From positions 9,242 to 73,241 of the forward strand of contig CAWJYU010000011.1 of assembly GCA_963847235.1 (NCBI GenBank): a DNA stretch of 64,000 nt, read 5' to 3'. The notes beneath the pieces were generated by a model, which had not been told where the DNA came from, ran no database searches, and worked only from the letters and a program-made list of their open reading frames with translations. The first letter of the stretch is position 1, and the number at the start of each line of letters is the position of its first letter. This DNA comes from an uncultured Actinomycetes bacterium. GTDB lineage: Bacteria; Actinomycetota; Thermoleophilia; Gaiellales; Gaiellaceae. A program made the position numbers and the translations under genes. This document shows, piece by piece, positions 22,527-31,837 of the stretch.

Positions 22527-23822
22527 CTACGCGGGGGCGACGGTGAGCGTGAGTGCGTCGTCGAGGCCCTCGACGCGCACCTGCTGTCCGGGGCGGATCG
22601 CCTCGCCGGCCGTCTTGGCGCGCCAGAGCTCGCCGTGGACGAAGACGAGGCCGACGGGATCGAGCGTCTGGCGGACGACGCCGACCTGGCCGATCAGCTC
22701 CTCCTGGCCCGTGACGACCTCGGCGCGCCGCACCTGGACGAGCTTCGTGACGACGAGCGCGACCATCAGGGCCATCGCGGCGGCGACGCCGAGGGCGACC
22801 TGCAGAGACACCTGGTAGTTCTCGCCGGCAGGGTCGAAGAGCATGAGCGAGCCGATCACGAAGGCGACGGCACCGGCGAGCGCGAGCGCGCCGTGGCTCA
22901 CGACGAACATCTCGGCGACGAAGAACCCGGCGGCGAGGAGTAAGAGCAGCACCCCCGCCCAGCTGACGGGAAGGATCTGCAGGCCGAAGAGGCCGATGAT
23001 CAGGGAGATCGCGCCGACGGTCCCGGGGAGGATCAAGCCGGGGCTCCAGAGCTCGATCGTGATCCCGAGCACCCCGATCGACATGAGGATGACGATCAGA
23101 TTCGGGTCGATCAGCGTGTCGAGGATCTGCTTCCAGAACGACATCTCGACCTCGTCCACCTTGGCGCCGGCGGTGTCGAGGATCAGCATCTTCGGCACGG
23201 TCTCCGTGCCGTCGACCTGGTTCAGGAGCGTCGGAAGGTCGGGCGCGATCACGTCGATCACGTTCATCTCCAGCGCCTCGCGCGCGTTGAGGTTCGCGCC
23301 TCGGCGGACCGCTGCATCCGCCCACTTCACGTTTCGGCCATGCTCGCGGGCGAGGCCGCGCAGGGAGGCGGCCGCGTCGTTGACGACCTTGTTGCGGAGA
23401 TCCTCCTGGATGTCCTCGCCGCCGACGCTGACCGGCGTCGAGGAGCCGATGTTGGTCTGCGGAGCCATGGCGAGCAGGTCGGCGGCCTGGCTGATCCAGA
23501 CGCCTGCGGAGGCCGCCCGCGCGCCTTCGGGCGAGACGTAGACGATCACCGGCACCTTCGATGCGAGCTCGGCCTCGTAGATGTCCTTCATCGAGCTGGC
23601 CAGCCCGCCGGGCGTGTCGAGGAGGATGACGACCGCGTTGTAGTTCTCGTCGTTCGCGCGCTCGATCTGGTCGATGACGTAGTCGGCCGTGACCGGATTG
23701 ACGTCGTTGTCGAACTCGACCGCCAGGACTCGAGGCTGGGAGGGCGCTGCGAAGGCGGCCGCAGGAACCAGCATCGCCACCGCCAATGCGGTCAAAACTC
23801 CCCGCAGTAAGCGGCTTTTCAC
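22527..23822 (-). CDS. NfeD family membrane-bound ClpP-class serine protease
   Basis: Signal peptide, ClpP/S49-like domain VILLDTPGGLASS, multiple TM helices and a C-terminal OB-like domain. Canonical partner of the downstream SPFH gene. Confidence 0.85.
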   Translation of the reverse strand: MKSRLLRGVLTALAVAMLVPAAAFAAPSQPRVLAVEFDNDVNPVTADYVIDQIERANDENYNAVVILLDTPGGLASSMKDIYEAELASKVPVIVYVSPEGARAASAGVWISQAADLLAMAPQTNIGSSTPVSVGGEDIQEDLRNKVVNDAAASLRGLAREHGRNVKWADAAVRRGANLNAREALEMNVIDVIAPDLPTLLNQVDGTETVPKMLILDTAGAKVDEVEMSFWKQILDTLIDPNLIVILMSIGVLGITIELWSPGLILPGTVGAISLIIGLFGLQILPVSWAGVLLLLLAAGFFVAEMFVVSHGALALAGAVAFVIGSLMLFDPAGENYQVSLQVALGVAAAMALMVALVVTKLVQVRRAEVVTGQEELIGQVGVVRQTLDPVGLVFVHGELWRAKTAGEAIRPGQQVRVEGLDDALTLTVAPA

Positions 23823-23891
23823 GGTGTAAAGATGCTATCAAGAGCCCTTGTCAGCCCAGCACGACCCTGCGACCCTGGGACGGGGTCGTCT

Positions 23892-25952
23892 ATGAAGGTC
23901 TTTGCCGCCGCTCTGCTCGCGCTTGCCTTTCCGGCCACGGCCTGGGGCGAAGCGACCATCGTCACGCGCGAGGTTCCGCTCTCCGGTCAGCGCACGCTGG
24001 CCTCGGCTGCGGCTCCGGAGCGCTTCAACCTCGTCGGCCTCCACTGGAAGGGCAGGGGCAGCGTGGAGCTGCGGGTGAGGCGCGCCGGCGGCTGGGGCGC
24101 GTGGCAGGAAGCCGAGGCTTCCGCGGAAGAGCTTCCGGACCGTGGGACGGACGAGCTGCGCCGCATGCGCGGGTGGCGCCTTGGTACGCCGCTCTGGACC
24201 GGCGAGTCCGACCGCCTCCAGGTCCGCGTGCACGGTCGGGTGAGCCGGGTGCGCGCGCACTACGTCTGGAGTCCCGAGGAGCCCATGGGCCGCACGCTGC
24301 AGATGGCGGGGAGCCCGGCGATCATCACCCGGCAGGCGTGGGGCGCGAACGAGCGCATCCGCCGCGACAACCCCTCGCTGGCGAGGACGCTGACGACGGC
24401 GATCGTCCATCACACGGCCGGCGCGGAGCCGTCGACGCCCGCCCAGTCAGCGGCAATCGTGCGGGGCATCTACCTCTACCACGTGCGAGGAAACGGCTGG
24501 GACGACGTCGGCTACAACTTTCTCGTCGACCGGTTCGGCCAGGTCTTCGAGGGTCGGTACGGCGGGATCGAGCGGAACGTGATCGGTGCGCACTCGCAGG
24601 GCTTCAACACCGGCTCGGTCGGTGTCTCGCTGATCGGCAACTACGCGCGAAAGTCCCCGACTCCGGCGGCACGGGCGGCGATCGTGCGGTTGCTCGCCTG
24701 GCGGATGGACGTCGCCCACATCGACCCGCTGTCGAGTGCGCCGGTCGTCTCGAACGGCAATCCGAAGTACCGCCAAGGCGTGCCGCTCTTCCTTCGCGCC
24801 ATCTCCGGCCATCGCGACACGGGCTTCACGACCTGCCCGGGCCGGCTCTACGGAGATCTCCGCGGGATCGCCTCGTCGGTCACAGGGCTCGGCCTGCCCA
24901 AGCTCTACACGCCGGAGGTCGAGGGCCGCCTGGGGCAGTTCGTCAGCTTCTCCGGGAGGCTGACGACCGCGCTTCCCTGGACGGTGACGATCACGGACAC
25001 GACCGGAAAGCAGGTCGCGCAGGGCTCGGGCTTCGGGACGAACGTGCGGTGGACCTGGGACGCCCGCTTCGCCACGCTGCCCGGCTACCGCTGGCGGATT
25101 GCGGCCGGGCCCGCCGTACGGCCCGCGACGGGGACCTTTGGGGTCGCTGCCCGGCCGGCGGTGATCGCGGCCGTTGCAGCCGATCCCGCCGGATTCACGC
25201 CGAACGGCGACGGAAAGACCGACACGACCGCGATCTCGTACGAGCTCGGCAGCCCGGCGACAGTCCGGATCGACCTCCAGACGGAGCAAGGCAGCCCTCT
25301 GGCGACGTTGCAGACGGCGTCGAAGGCCGCCGGCCGCCACAGCTTCGCCTGGAACGGGGCCGGCTATCCCGACGGGCGCTACCGGATCGTCGTCGCGGCG
25401 CGGGTGGCCGCCCGCGAGGTGTCGGCGACGACGAACGTCGTCCTGAGCCGGACGCTCTCGGGCTTCGGGATCCTGCCCACCGCGATCTCGCCGAACGGCG
25501 ACGGCCGCGCGGACTCGTTGGCCGCGTCGTTCAGCCTCGGGACCCCTGCGCTCGCGAACCTGTCCGTCCGCCGAGGCACGGCCGGCGTGGTCTCGGTCTT
25601 CGACTCGCTGCTGCCGATCGGGCTGCACACGATCACGTGGCCCGGCGGCGTGCGCGACGGCGTGTACTCGGTGGCGCTGACGGTCACCGACGCCACCGGC
25701 CCGGTCACGCAGCTGCTGCCGGTCCGCGTCGACCGCGTGGCGCCGAAGCTCAAGGTCGTCAACAAGCGGCCGCTTCGAATCTCGCTCTCGGAGCCGGCGC
25801 GCGTGACCTTCACGGCCGACGGCGTCACGATGACCGTCTTGCGGCGCAAGGCGGGTGTGTTCACCGTGGTGCTCGGCCGTCCGTTCAAGCGGCTCGACGC
25901 CTTCGCCGAGGACGGCGCGGCGAACGTCGGACCGCGTCTGCGCCTTCGCTAG
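23892..25952 (+). CDS. secreted N-acetylmuramoyl-L-alanine amidase (amidase_2/PGRP domain) with FlgD-Ig-like repeats
   Basis: Signal peptide MKVFAAALLALAFPATAWG. Amidase core IVHHTAG...GWDDVGYNFLVDRFGQVFEGR...GAHSQGFNTGSVGVSLIGNY. Repeated FTPNGDGKTD / ISPNGDGRAD modules. Confidence 0.75.
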   Translation: MKVFAAALLALAFPATAWGEATIVTREVPLSGQRTLASAAAPERFNLVGLHWKGRGSVELRVRRAGGWGAWQEAEASAEELPDRGTDELRRMRGWRLGTPLWTGESDRLQVRVHGRVSRVRAHYVWSPEEPMGRTLQMAGSPAIITRQAWGANERIRRDNPSLARTLTTAIVHHTAGAEPSTPAQSAAIVRGIYLYHVRGNGWDDVGYNFLVDRFGQVFEGRYGGIERNVIGAHSQGFNTGSVGVSLIGNYARKSPTPAARAAIVRLLAWRMDVAHIDPLSSAPVVSNGNPKYRQGVPLFLRAISGHRDTGFTTCPGRLYGDLRGIASSVTGLGLPKLYTPEVEGRLGQFVSFSGRLTTALPWTVTITDTTGKQVAQGSGFGTNVRWTWDARFATLPGYRWRIAAGPAVRPATGTFGVAARPAVIAAVAADPAGFTPNGDGKTDTTAISYELGSPATVRIDLQTEQGSPLATLQTASKAAGRHSFAWNGAGYPDGRYRIVVAARVAAREVSATTNVVLSRTLSGFGILPTAISPNGDGRADSLAASFSLGTPALANLSVRRGTAGVVSVFDSLLPIGLHTITWPGGVRDGVYSVALTVTDATGPVTQLLPVRVDRVAPKLKVVNKRPLRISLSEPARVTFTADGVTMTVLRRKAGVFTVVLGRPFKRLDAFAEDGAANVGPRLRLR

Positions 25953-26555
25953 CCGGCGACCCAGGCGTCGTAGTCCCGCTCGAGCTCGAGCAGGATCTCC
26001 GCGAGGAGCTCCGCCCTGTCGACTTCCTTCCCGAGCTCCGCGAGGAGAGACGTGGGCTCGCGCTCCAGATTCGGCGGGAGGTCCCGAGCCGTCATGTTTG
26101 CGTTGATCCCCATGCCGAGCACGACGCGGTCCTCGCGGGCCTCCGCGAGGATTCCGGCCAGCTTTCGGCCGCCGACGAGCAGGTCGTTCGGCAACTTGAT
26201 CTCGGGCATCAGGCCGGTCGCCCGGCGAATCCCTTCCGCCGCTGCGACTCCGACGACGATGGTCAGGCCGGGGAGGCGTGACTGCTCGACGTCGGGTCGG
26301 AGGTTGATCGAGAAGAGCAGGCTCTTGCCGGCTCGCGGCGAACCAGGTGCGGCCGAGCCGTCCGCGTCCGGAAACCTGCTCGTCGGCGGCGACGACGGCG
26401 CCCTCGGGCGCATCGGCCGGCAGCTCCTGCTGCGTCGACTCACAGCGCTCGAGGTAGCGGTACGGACGGCCGAAACGCCCCTTCAACAGGGGCTCGACGC
26501 GATCCGGGAGCAGGGAATCCCGAGGCTTTCGCGCATCACTAGACTCATCCCGCAC
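25949..26555 (-). pseudogene. birA: biotin-[acetyl-CoA-carboxylase] ligase (class I, no HTH) with an apparent +1 frameshift
   Basis: One frame reads ...RCESTQQEL...GRGRLGRTWFAA. The next reads GKSLLFSINLRP...KLPNDLLVGGRKLAGILAE. The extra base is near 26330. The start is uncertain: GTG 26555 or TTG 26486. Confidence 0.7.
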
Positions 26556-26987
26556 GTGTCCTCCCTGACTCGCCAAGAGATCGAGGCGATCCTGCCTCAC
26601 CGTGACCCCTTCCTGCTTCTCGACGAGGTCGTCGACCTGCAGCCGGGCGAGAAGGTCGTGGCCCGGAAACAGGTGCGGCCGGACGAGTGGTACCTGTCGG
26701 GCCACTTTCCCGGCCGGCCGATCATGCCCGGTGTCCTGATCGTGGAGGCAATGGCGCAGGCAGGCGCGGTGGCGGTGCTCTCCGAGGACCAGAATCGCGG
26801 CAAGCTCGCGCTCTTCGCCGGCATCGACGGCGTCCGGTTCAAGCGGGTCGTGGAGCCGGGCGACGAGCTCGAGCTCACCTGCGAGCTGGAGCGCGTGCGC
26901 GGCCCGATCGGCCGCGGCAAGGCAACGGCGACGGTGGATGGCGCACTCGCCGCCCGCGGAACGCTCACCTTCGCCGTCGAGCAATGA
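26556..26987 (+). CDS. fabZ: 3-hydroxyacyl-ACP dehydratase FabZ
   Basis: ILPHRDPFLLLDEV...GHFPGRPIMPGVLIVEAMAQ. Confidence 0.9.
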   Translation: MSSLTRQEIEAILPHRDPFLLLDEVVDLQPGEKVVARKQVRPDEWYLSGHFPGRPIMPGVLIVEAMAQAGAVAVLSEDQNRGKLALFAGIDGVRFKRVVEPGDELELTCELERVRGPIGRGKATATVDGALAARGTLTFAVEQ

Positions 26988-27982
26988 TCGGCCGGGCGAA
27001 CGGCGTGCCGGTGTCGATCACCGGCCTCGGCACCTATGCGCCGGAGCGGGTGCTCACGAACGACGAGCTGTCCGAGCTGGTCGACACGACCGACGAGTGG
27101 ATCATCGAGCGCACCGGCATCAAGGAGCGCCGGATCGCCGCGCCGGAGCAGGCGATGACGGACCTCGCCCTTCCGGCGGCGCGAATGGCGCTCGAGCGCG
27201 CCGGCATGGAGCCGGAGGAGCTCGACCTGATCGTCGTCGCGACTGTGACCCCGGACATGATGTTTCCGACCACGGGCTCGCTGCTGGGTGATCTCCTCCC
27301 GGCGCCCAAGGCCGCCGCCTACGACCTCCTGGCCGGCTGTACCGGGTTCGTCTACGCACTCGCACAGGCGCACGCGATGGTCTCGGCCGGGCTCGCGAAC
27401 AAGGCGCTGGTCGTCGGAGGCGACGTGCTCTCGAAGATCCTCGACTGGACCGACCGCTCGACGATCGTCCTCTTCGGCGACGGGGCCGGTGCGGTCGTGC
27501 TCGAACGGGTCGACGAAGGAGGCTTTGTCGGGTTCGAGCTGGGCGCGGACGGCGGCGGCGGTGAGCACCTCTGGCTGCCCGGCAGCGGCTCCCGGAACTT
27601 CGAGCACCCGGACAAGCTCGTGAAGATGAACGGCCGCGAAGTGTTCAAGTTTGCGACGCGCGTGATGGTGACCTCGGCCGAGGCGCTGCTCGACGAGGTC
27701 GGGCGGTCGATCGACGACGTCGACGTCTACGTCCCGCACCAGGCGAACACGAGAATCATCGATTATGCGACGAAGAAGCTGGGTATTTCCGAAGATCGAG
27801 TGATTGTGAACGTGGACAAGTACGGGAACACGTCCTCCGGGTCGATCCCCCTGGCGCTCGGCGACGCGGAAGCGGACGGGCGGCTGAAGGAAGGCTCGCT
27901 TGTCCTCATGACGGGGATGGGCGCGGGCTTGACGTGGGGCTCCGCCCTGATCGAATGGACGGCGAACGGAGGGACGACATGA
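26984..27982 (+). CDS. fabH: 3-oxoacyl-ACP synthase III
   Basis: ATGA overlap with fabZ. ...TDEWIIERTGIKERR..., active-site region LAGCTGFVYAL, ...HQANTRII...GNTSSGSIP. Confidence 0.9.
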   Translation: MIGRANGVPVSITGLGTYAPERVLTNDELSELVDTTDEWIIERTGIKERRIAAPEQAMTDLALPAARMALERAGMEPEELDLIVVATVTPDMMFPTTGSLLGDLLPAPKAAAYDLLAGCTGFVYALAQAHAMVSAGLANKALVVGGDVLSKILDWTDRSTIVLFGDGAGAVVLERVDEGGFVGFELGADGGGGEHLWLPGSGSRNFEHPDKLVKMNGREVFKFATRVMVTSAEALLDEVGRSIDDVDVYVPHQANTRIIDYATKKLGISEDRVIVNVDKYGNTSSGSIPLALGDAEADGRLKEGSLVLMTGMGAGLTWGSALIEWTANGGTT

Positions 27983-28896
27983 CCAAGGTTGCGTTTTGCT
28001 TCCCCGGCCAGGGGTCGCTGGAGGAGGGGATGGGCCGCGAGATCGCGCTCGCGGTTCCCGAGGCGATGGAGGTCTATCGCGTTGGCAGCGAGGCTTCAGG
28101 TCTCGACCTGCAGAGGCTCTGTTTCGAGTCGCCTCTCGACGAGCTCGTCAAGACGGAGGTACAGCAGCCGGCGCTCGTTGCCACGAGCCTTGCGGTGCTC
28201 GCGGCGCTGAACGCCAGAGGGATCACGCCCGATTACGTCGTCGGGCACTCGGTCGGAGAGTTCGCCGCGATCGCCGCGGCCAACTCGATCGACACGTCCG
28301 AGGCGATCGGTCTCGTCCGCGAGCGGGGGCTCGCGATGGCGGAGGCTGCGCGCGAGAGCGACGGGACGATGGCCGCGATTCTCGGCCTGGACGACGAGGT
28401 CGTCGAGGAGCTGTGCTCGGAGATCGAGGGCGTGTGGCCCGCGAACTACAACTGCCCCGGCCAGATCGTTGTGTCCGGCGAGGAGGGCGCGGTCGAGAAG
28501 CTGATCCACAAGGCCACTGCTCTCGGGGCGCGCCGCGCGGTGAAGCTGAAGGTCTCAGGCGCCTTCCACAGCCCGCTCGTCGAGAAGGCCGCGGAGATGC
28601 TCAAGCCGGCGGTCGAGCGGGTCCGCTTCGCCGATCCGGTCGCGCCGTTCATGTCCACGGTGACCGCGAAGATCGAGCCCGCGCAGCGGATGGCCGGACT
28701 GCTCGTCAACCAGGTGACGGCCCCGGTGAGGTTCACGCAGGCCGCGCAGGGACTCGTGAAGGAGGGCGTGAAGACCTTCGTCGAGGTAGGGCCCGGCAAC
28801 GTCCTGTCCGGTTTAGTGAAGAGGATCGACAAGACCGTGAAGGCCGTGTCCGTCAGCAACGTGGCCGGCCTGAAGAACGTCGAAGAGTCGATCTAG
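27979..28896 (+). CDS. fabD: malonyl-CoA:ACP transacylase
   Basis: ATGA overlap with fabH. FCFPGQGS and active site GHSVGEFAA. Confidence 0.9.
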   Translation: MTKVAFCFPGQGSLEEGMGREIALAVPEAMEVYRVGSEASGLDLQRLCFESPLDELVKTEVQQPALVATSLAVLAALNARGITPDYVVGHSVGEFAAIAAANSIDTSEAIGLVRERGLAMAEAARESDGTMAAILGLDDEVVEELCSEIEGVWPANYNCPGQIVVSGEEGAVEKLIHKATALGARRAVKLKVSGAFHSPLVEKAAEMLKPAVERVRFADPVAPFMSTVTAKIEPAQRMAGLLVNQVTAPVRFTQAAQGLVKEGVKTFVEVGPGNVLSGLVKRIDKTVKAVSVSNVAGLKNVEESI

Positions 28897-29063
28897 GTAG
28901 TGCCCCGCCCAGCAATACATGCCGGCTTCTGGCCCGCGATCACGCAGCGCCAGAGCCGACCCTCCTCCTCACCAAGGCTGTCCAGCCTTGGCTCGTCGGA
29001 GTGCGCGCTCTGGCTTGGTGCTCGCGACCCAGAATTCCGGCGGCATTACTGGACGGGGCACTA
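28897..29063. repeat. 167-nt imperfect long palindrome filling the fabD-fabG spacer
   Basis: Outer arms 28898-28917 / 29045-29063 (17 of 19 pair). GCCAGAGC/GCTCTGGC pair in the middle. Inner hairpin CCAAGGCT-GTCC-AGCCTTGG. The right end runs into the palindrome GGGCACTAGTGCCC. Confidence 0.7.
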
Positions 29064-29792
29064 GTGCCCGACTTCTGCTCCCTCGAAGGCCGCACGGCCC
29101 TGGTGACCGGTGGGTCGCGCGGGATCGGGAAGGCGATCGCGGCCGAGCTTGCGAACGCCGGCGCGACCGTCGTGCTCGGCTACCGGTCGGGAGCGGAAGA
29201 GGCTGAGACCGTGGCTTCCGAGGTCGGGGGCCGGGCCGTCCAGGCGGACGTCTCGCAGGTCGAGGACGCGCAGCGGCTGGTCGAGGAGGCCGGTGACGTC
29301 GACATCCTCGTGAACAACGCGGGCGTGACGCGCGACGGGCTGCTCGCGCGGATGCCGGACGAGGATTGGCGCGTCGTGCTCGACACGAACCTCGGCGGGA
29401 CCTTCAACACCTGCCGGGCCGTGTCGCGCGGGATGATGCGTCGGCGGGGCGGCTCGATCGTGAACGTGTCCAGCATCGTCGGGCTCCACGGCAACCCCGG
29501 CCAGACGAACTACTCTGCCTCCAAGGCCGGGATCATCGGCTTCACGAAGGCGCTCGCGCGCGAGCTCGGGAGCCGCGGAGTGCGGGCGAACGTCGTGGCG
29601 CCGGGCTATATCTCGACCAGACTGACGACCGAACTCCCCGAGGAGCTCCAGAACTCGATGCTCGCCAACACACCGCTCGGACGCTTCGGTGACCCGGAGG
29701 ACGTCGCCGGCGCCGTCAGGTTCCTCTGCTCGGACGCCGCGTCGTTCGTCACCGGCGAGGTGTTGCTGGTCGACGGCGGATTGGGAATGTAG
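29064..29792 (+). CDS. fabG: 3-oxoacyl-ACP reductase
   Basis: GTG 29064. Rossmann motif TGGSRGIGKAIA, NNAG, and catalytic YSASKAG. Confidence 0.9.
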   Translation: MPDFCSLEGRTALVTGGSRGIGKAIAAELANAGATVVLGYRSGAEEAETVASEVGGRAVQADVSQVEDAQRLVEEAGDVDILVNNAGVTRDGLLARMPDEDWRVVLDTNLGGTFNTCRAVSRGMMRRRGGSIVNVSSIVGLHGNPGQTNYSASKAGIIGFTKALARELGSRGVRANVVAPGYISTRLTTELPEELQNSMLANTPLGRFGDPEDVAGAVRFLCSDAASFVTGEVLLVDGGLGM

Positions 29793-29798
29793 AGCCCG

Positions 29799-31052
29799 AT
29801 GTCGATGAACGGACGCAGGCGGGTCGTGATCACCGGCCTCGGGGCGGTGAGCCCACTGGGCAACGACGTCGCGACGACCTGGGAGAACCTCGTCGCCGGC
29901 AAGTCCGGCGCCGCGGAGATCGCGCAATTCGACGCTAGTGAGTACCCGGTTCACTTCGCCTGCGAGCTGAAGGGCTTCGAGGCGTCGGACTTCATCGAGA
30001 AGAAAAAGGCGCGACGCATGGACCGCTTCGCGCAGATGATCGTTGCCGCCGCGATCCAGGCGCGGGACGACTCTGGCATCGACATCGAGGCCGAGGCGGA
30101 TCGCATCGGCGGCTCGATCGCCACCGGCATCGGCGGCCTGAAGGCGTTCCAGGACTGCTACGACACGCTGCTCGAACGCGGCCCCGACCGGGTCAACCCG
30201 TTCTCGATCCCGCAGATCATCCCGAACATGGGCGCCGGCTGGGTCTCGATGTACCTCGGCACCCGCGGCCCGCTGTCGTCGCAGTGCACCGCATGCGCGG
30301 CGTCCAACATGGCGATCGGCGAGGCGGCGGACGCGATCCGGCTCGGGCGCGCCGACGCGATGCTCGCCGGCGGGACCGAGGCCGGGATCACCAGGGTCGG
30401 GATCGCCGGGTTCAGCGCGATGCGGGCGCTCTCGCGGCGCAACGAGGCCCCGGAGGAGGCGAGCCGGCCGTTCGACGCCGCCCGCGACGGGTTCGTGATG
30501 GGTGAGGCCGCGGGTGTCGTCGTCCTCGAGGAGCTCGAGCACGCGAAGGAGCGTGGCGCGAAGATCTACGGCGAGCTGCTGGGCTACGGGCTCTCTTCGG
30601 ACGCGAGGCACGTCACGGAGCCCGATCCGACCGGTGACAACCCGGCCCGGGCGATGCGGATGGCGATGGCGGACGCGGGCGTGAATTCGGACGAGATCGA
30701 CTACATCAACGCGCACGGCACCTCGACACCGCTCGGCGACGCGAGCGAGACGCGGGTGATCAAGATCGCGCTGGGCGAGGAGAACGCCCGCAAGACGCCG
30801 GTTTCGTCCACGAAGGGTGCGACGGGCCATTGTCTGGGCGCCGCGGGCGCCGTCGAGGCGATCTTCACGATGCTGGCCGTCGATCGGAACACGCTGCCGC
30901 CGACGATCAACTACGACGAGCCCGACCCCGAGTGCGACCTCGACTACATCCCGAACGAGGCGCGCGAGGCGAACGTGAAGACCGCGATCTCGAACTCGTT
31001 CGGGTTCGGCGGGCACAACGCCTGCATCGTGATCCGCGAGTTCTCGGGCTAG
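29799..31052 (+). CDS. fabF: 3-oxoacyl-ACP synthase II
   Basis: RRVVITGLGAVSPLG, active-site Cys region SQCTACAAS, HGTSTPLGD, NSFGFGGHNA. Confidence 0.9.
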   Translation: MSMNGRRRVVITGLGAVSPLGNDVATTWENLVAGKSGAAEIAQFDASEYPVHFACELKGFEASDFIEKKKARRMDRFAQMIVAAAIQARDDSGIDIEAEADRIGGSIATGIGGLKAFQDCYDTLLERGPDRVNPFSIPQIIPNMGAGWVSMYLGTRGPLSSQCTACAASNMAIGEAADAIRLGRADAMLAGGTEAGITRVGIAGFSAMRALSRRNEAPEEASRPFDAARDGFVMGEAAGVVVLEELEHAKERGAKIYGELLGYGLSSDARHVTEPDPTGDNPARAMRMAMADAGVNSDEIDYINAHGTSTPLGDASETRVIKIALGEENARKTPVSSTKGATGHCLGAAGAVEAIFTMLAVDRNTLPPTINYDEPDPECDLDYIPNEAREANVKTAISNSFGFGGHNACIVIREFSG

Positions 31053-31183
31053 CTTCCGCCCTCTGTCTCAGACCTGTCTGCTGGGCACCCGCAATTCCAC
31101 TTTCGGCGCACCCTTGCCCTTGACAGAAATTGGGGTCCGACACCGAGCGCCTGCCGCACGCGGCCGGGCTAGGCTCAAGAGCC

Positions 31184-31837
31184 ATGGAGCGCTGGGCGAC
31201 GTTCGACTGCTACGGGACGCTGATCGACTGGAACGGCGGGATCCGTCGCGAGCTCGCACTGATCTTCGGCGAGGACCGGGCCGACCGGCTCCTGCACCGG
31301 TACCACGAGCTCGAGCCCGAGCTCGAGGCGGACGGGGAGCTCTCCTACCGGGAGGTCTTGACGCGGGCACTCGAGCGACTCGCGGAGGAGGAAGGCGCCG
31401 GCCTCGACGAGCCAGCTGCGCTCGCCGACTCGCTGCCGTCCTGGGAGCCCTTCCCGGAGGTGCGCCGGTCGCTCGAGGAGGCTCGCGCTCGGGGCTGGCG
31501 CCTCGCGATCCTCTCGAACACCGACCCCGACTACATCGCCGCGTCGAAGGAGCGGATCGGCGTGCAGTTCGACGAGACCGTCGTCGCCTCGGAGATCGGG
31601 TCGTACAAGCCGGCGCCCGGACACTGGGAGGAGTTCTTCCGCCGGACCGCAGCCGATCGCGCGGGCCACGTTCATGTCGCGGCGAGCCTGTTCCACGACA
31701 TCGGCCCCGCGAACGACCTCGGCATCTCGAGCATTTGGATCAACCGATTGGACGAGCGCCGCGAGCCGCGGCCCGACCGTGAGCTCCCCGACCTGAACGG
31801 GCTCGCCGACGCCCTCGACGAGCTCGTCGCGCCGTGA
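31184..31837 (+). CDS. HAD family hydrolase (haloacid dehalogenase type II-like)
   Basis: Motif I FDCYGTLIDW, ILSNTD, and a C-terminal HD region. Confidence 0.75.
   Translation: MERWATFDCYGTLIDWNGGIRRELALIFGEDRADRLLHRYHELEPELEADGELSYREVLTRALERLAEEEGAGLDEPAALADSLPSWEPFPEVRRSLEEARARGWRLAILSNTDPDYIAASKERIGVQFDETVVASEIGSYKPAPGHWEEFFRRTAADRAGHVHVAASLFHDIGPANDLGISSIWINRLDERREPRPDRELPDLNGLADALDELVAP

Noticed and set aside
21747-23822. The NfeD-SPFH pair, considered as a candidate novel system.
   Set aside because: It is a well-known conserved operon of a membrane protease and a stomatin-like protein. Only the appended GalT-like gene is unusual, and that is reported separately.
20815-23841. Very long ORFs antisense to or overlapping real genes. 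Examples: 1008 aa at 20815..23841, 564 aa at 266..1960, 445 aa at 8209..9546, 845 aa at 24447..26984, 749 aa at 50471..52720, 651 aa at 29061..31016, and 612/590 aa opposite gyrB/gyrA.
   Set aside because: Their translations are Arg/Pro/Gly/Ala-rich low-complexity sequence with no motifs. They lie opposite or out of frame to genes with clear family signatures. Open frames of this kind are expected in G+C-rich DNA because stop codons are rare.
23823-23891. A short inverted repeat (ACGACCC...GGGTCGT) in the amidase leader, considered as a c-di-AMP (ydaO-type) riboswitch, which often precedes cell-wall hydrolase genes.
   Set aside because: The leader is only about 70 nt, far shorter than ydaO-type riboswitches, and shows none of their conserved sequence blocks that I can recall.
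29055-29064. The motif GGGCACTAG is shared by the fabG leader palindrome (29056-64) and the hsp20 operator candidate (62848-62856), considered as a common regulator site.
   Set aside because: An 8-9-mer recurring once in 128 kb of two-strand sequence is within chance expectation. Half-site spacing also differs between the two loci.
31053-31183. TTGACA in the fabF-HAD spacer, considered as a promoter.
   Set aside because: No acceptable -10 hexamer lies 16-19 nt downstream, so the call would rest on a single hexamer.
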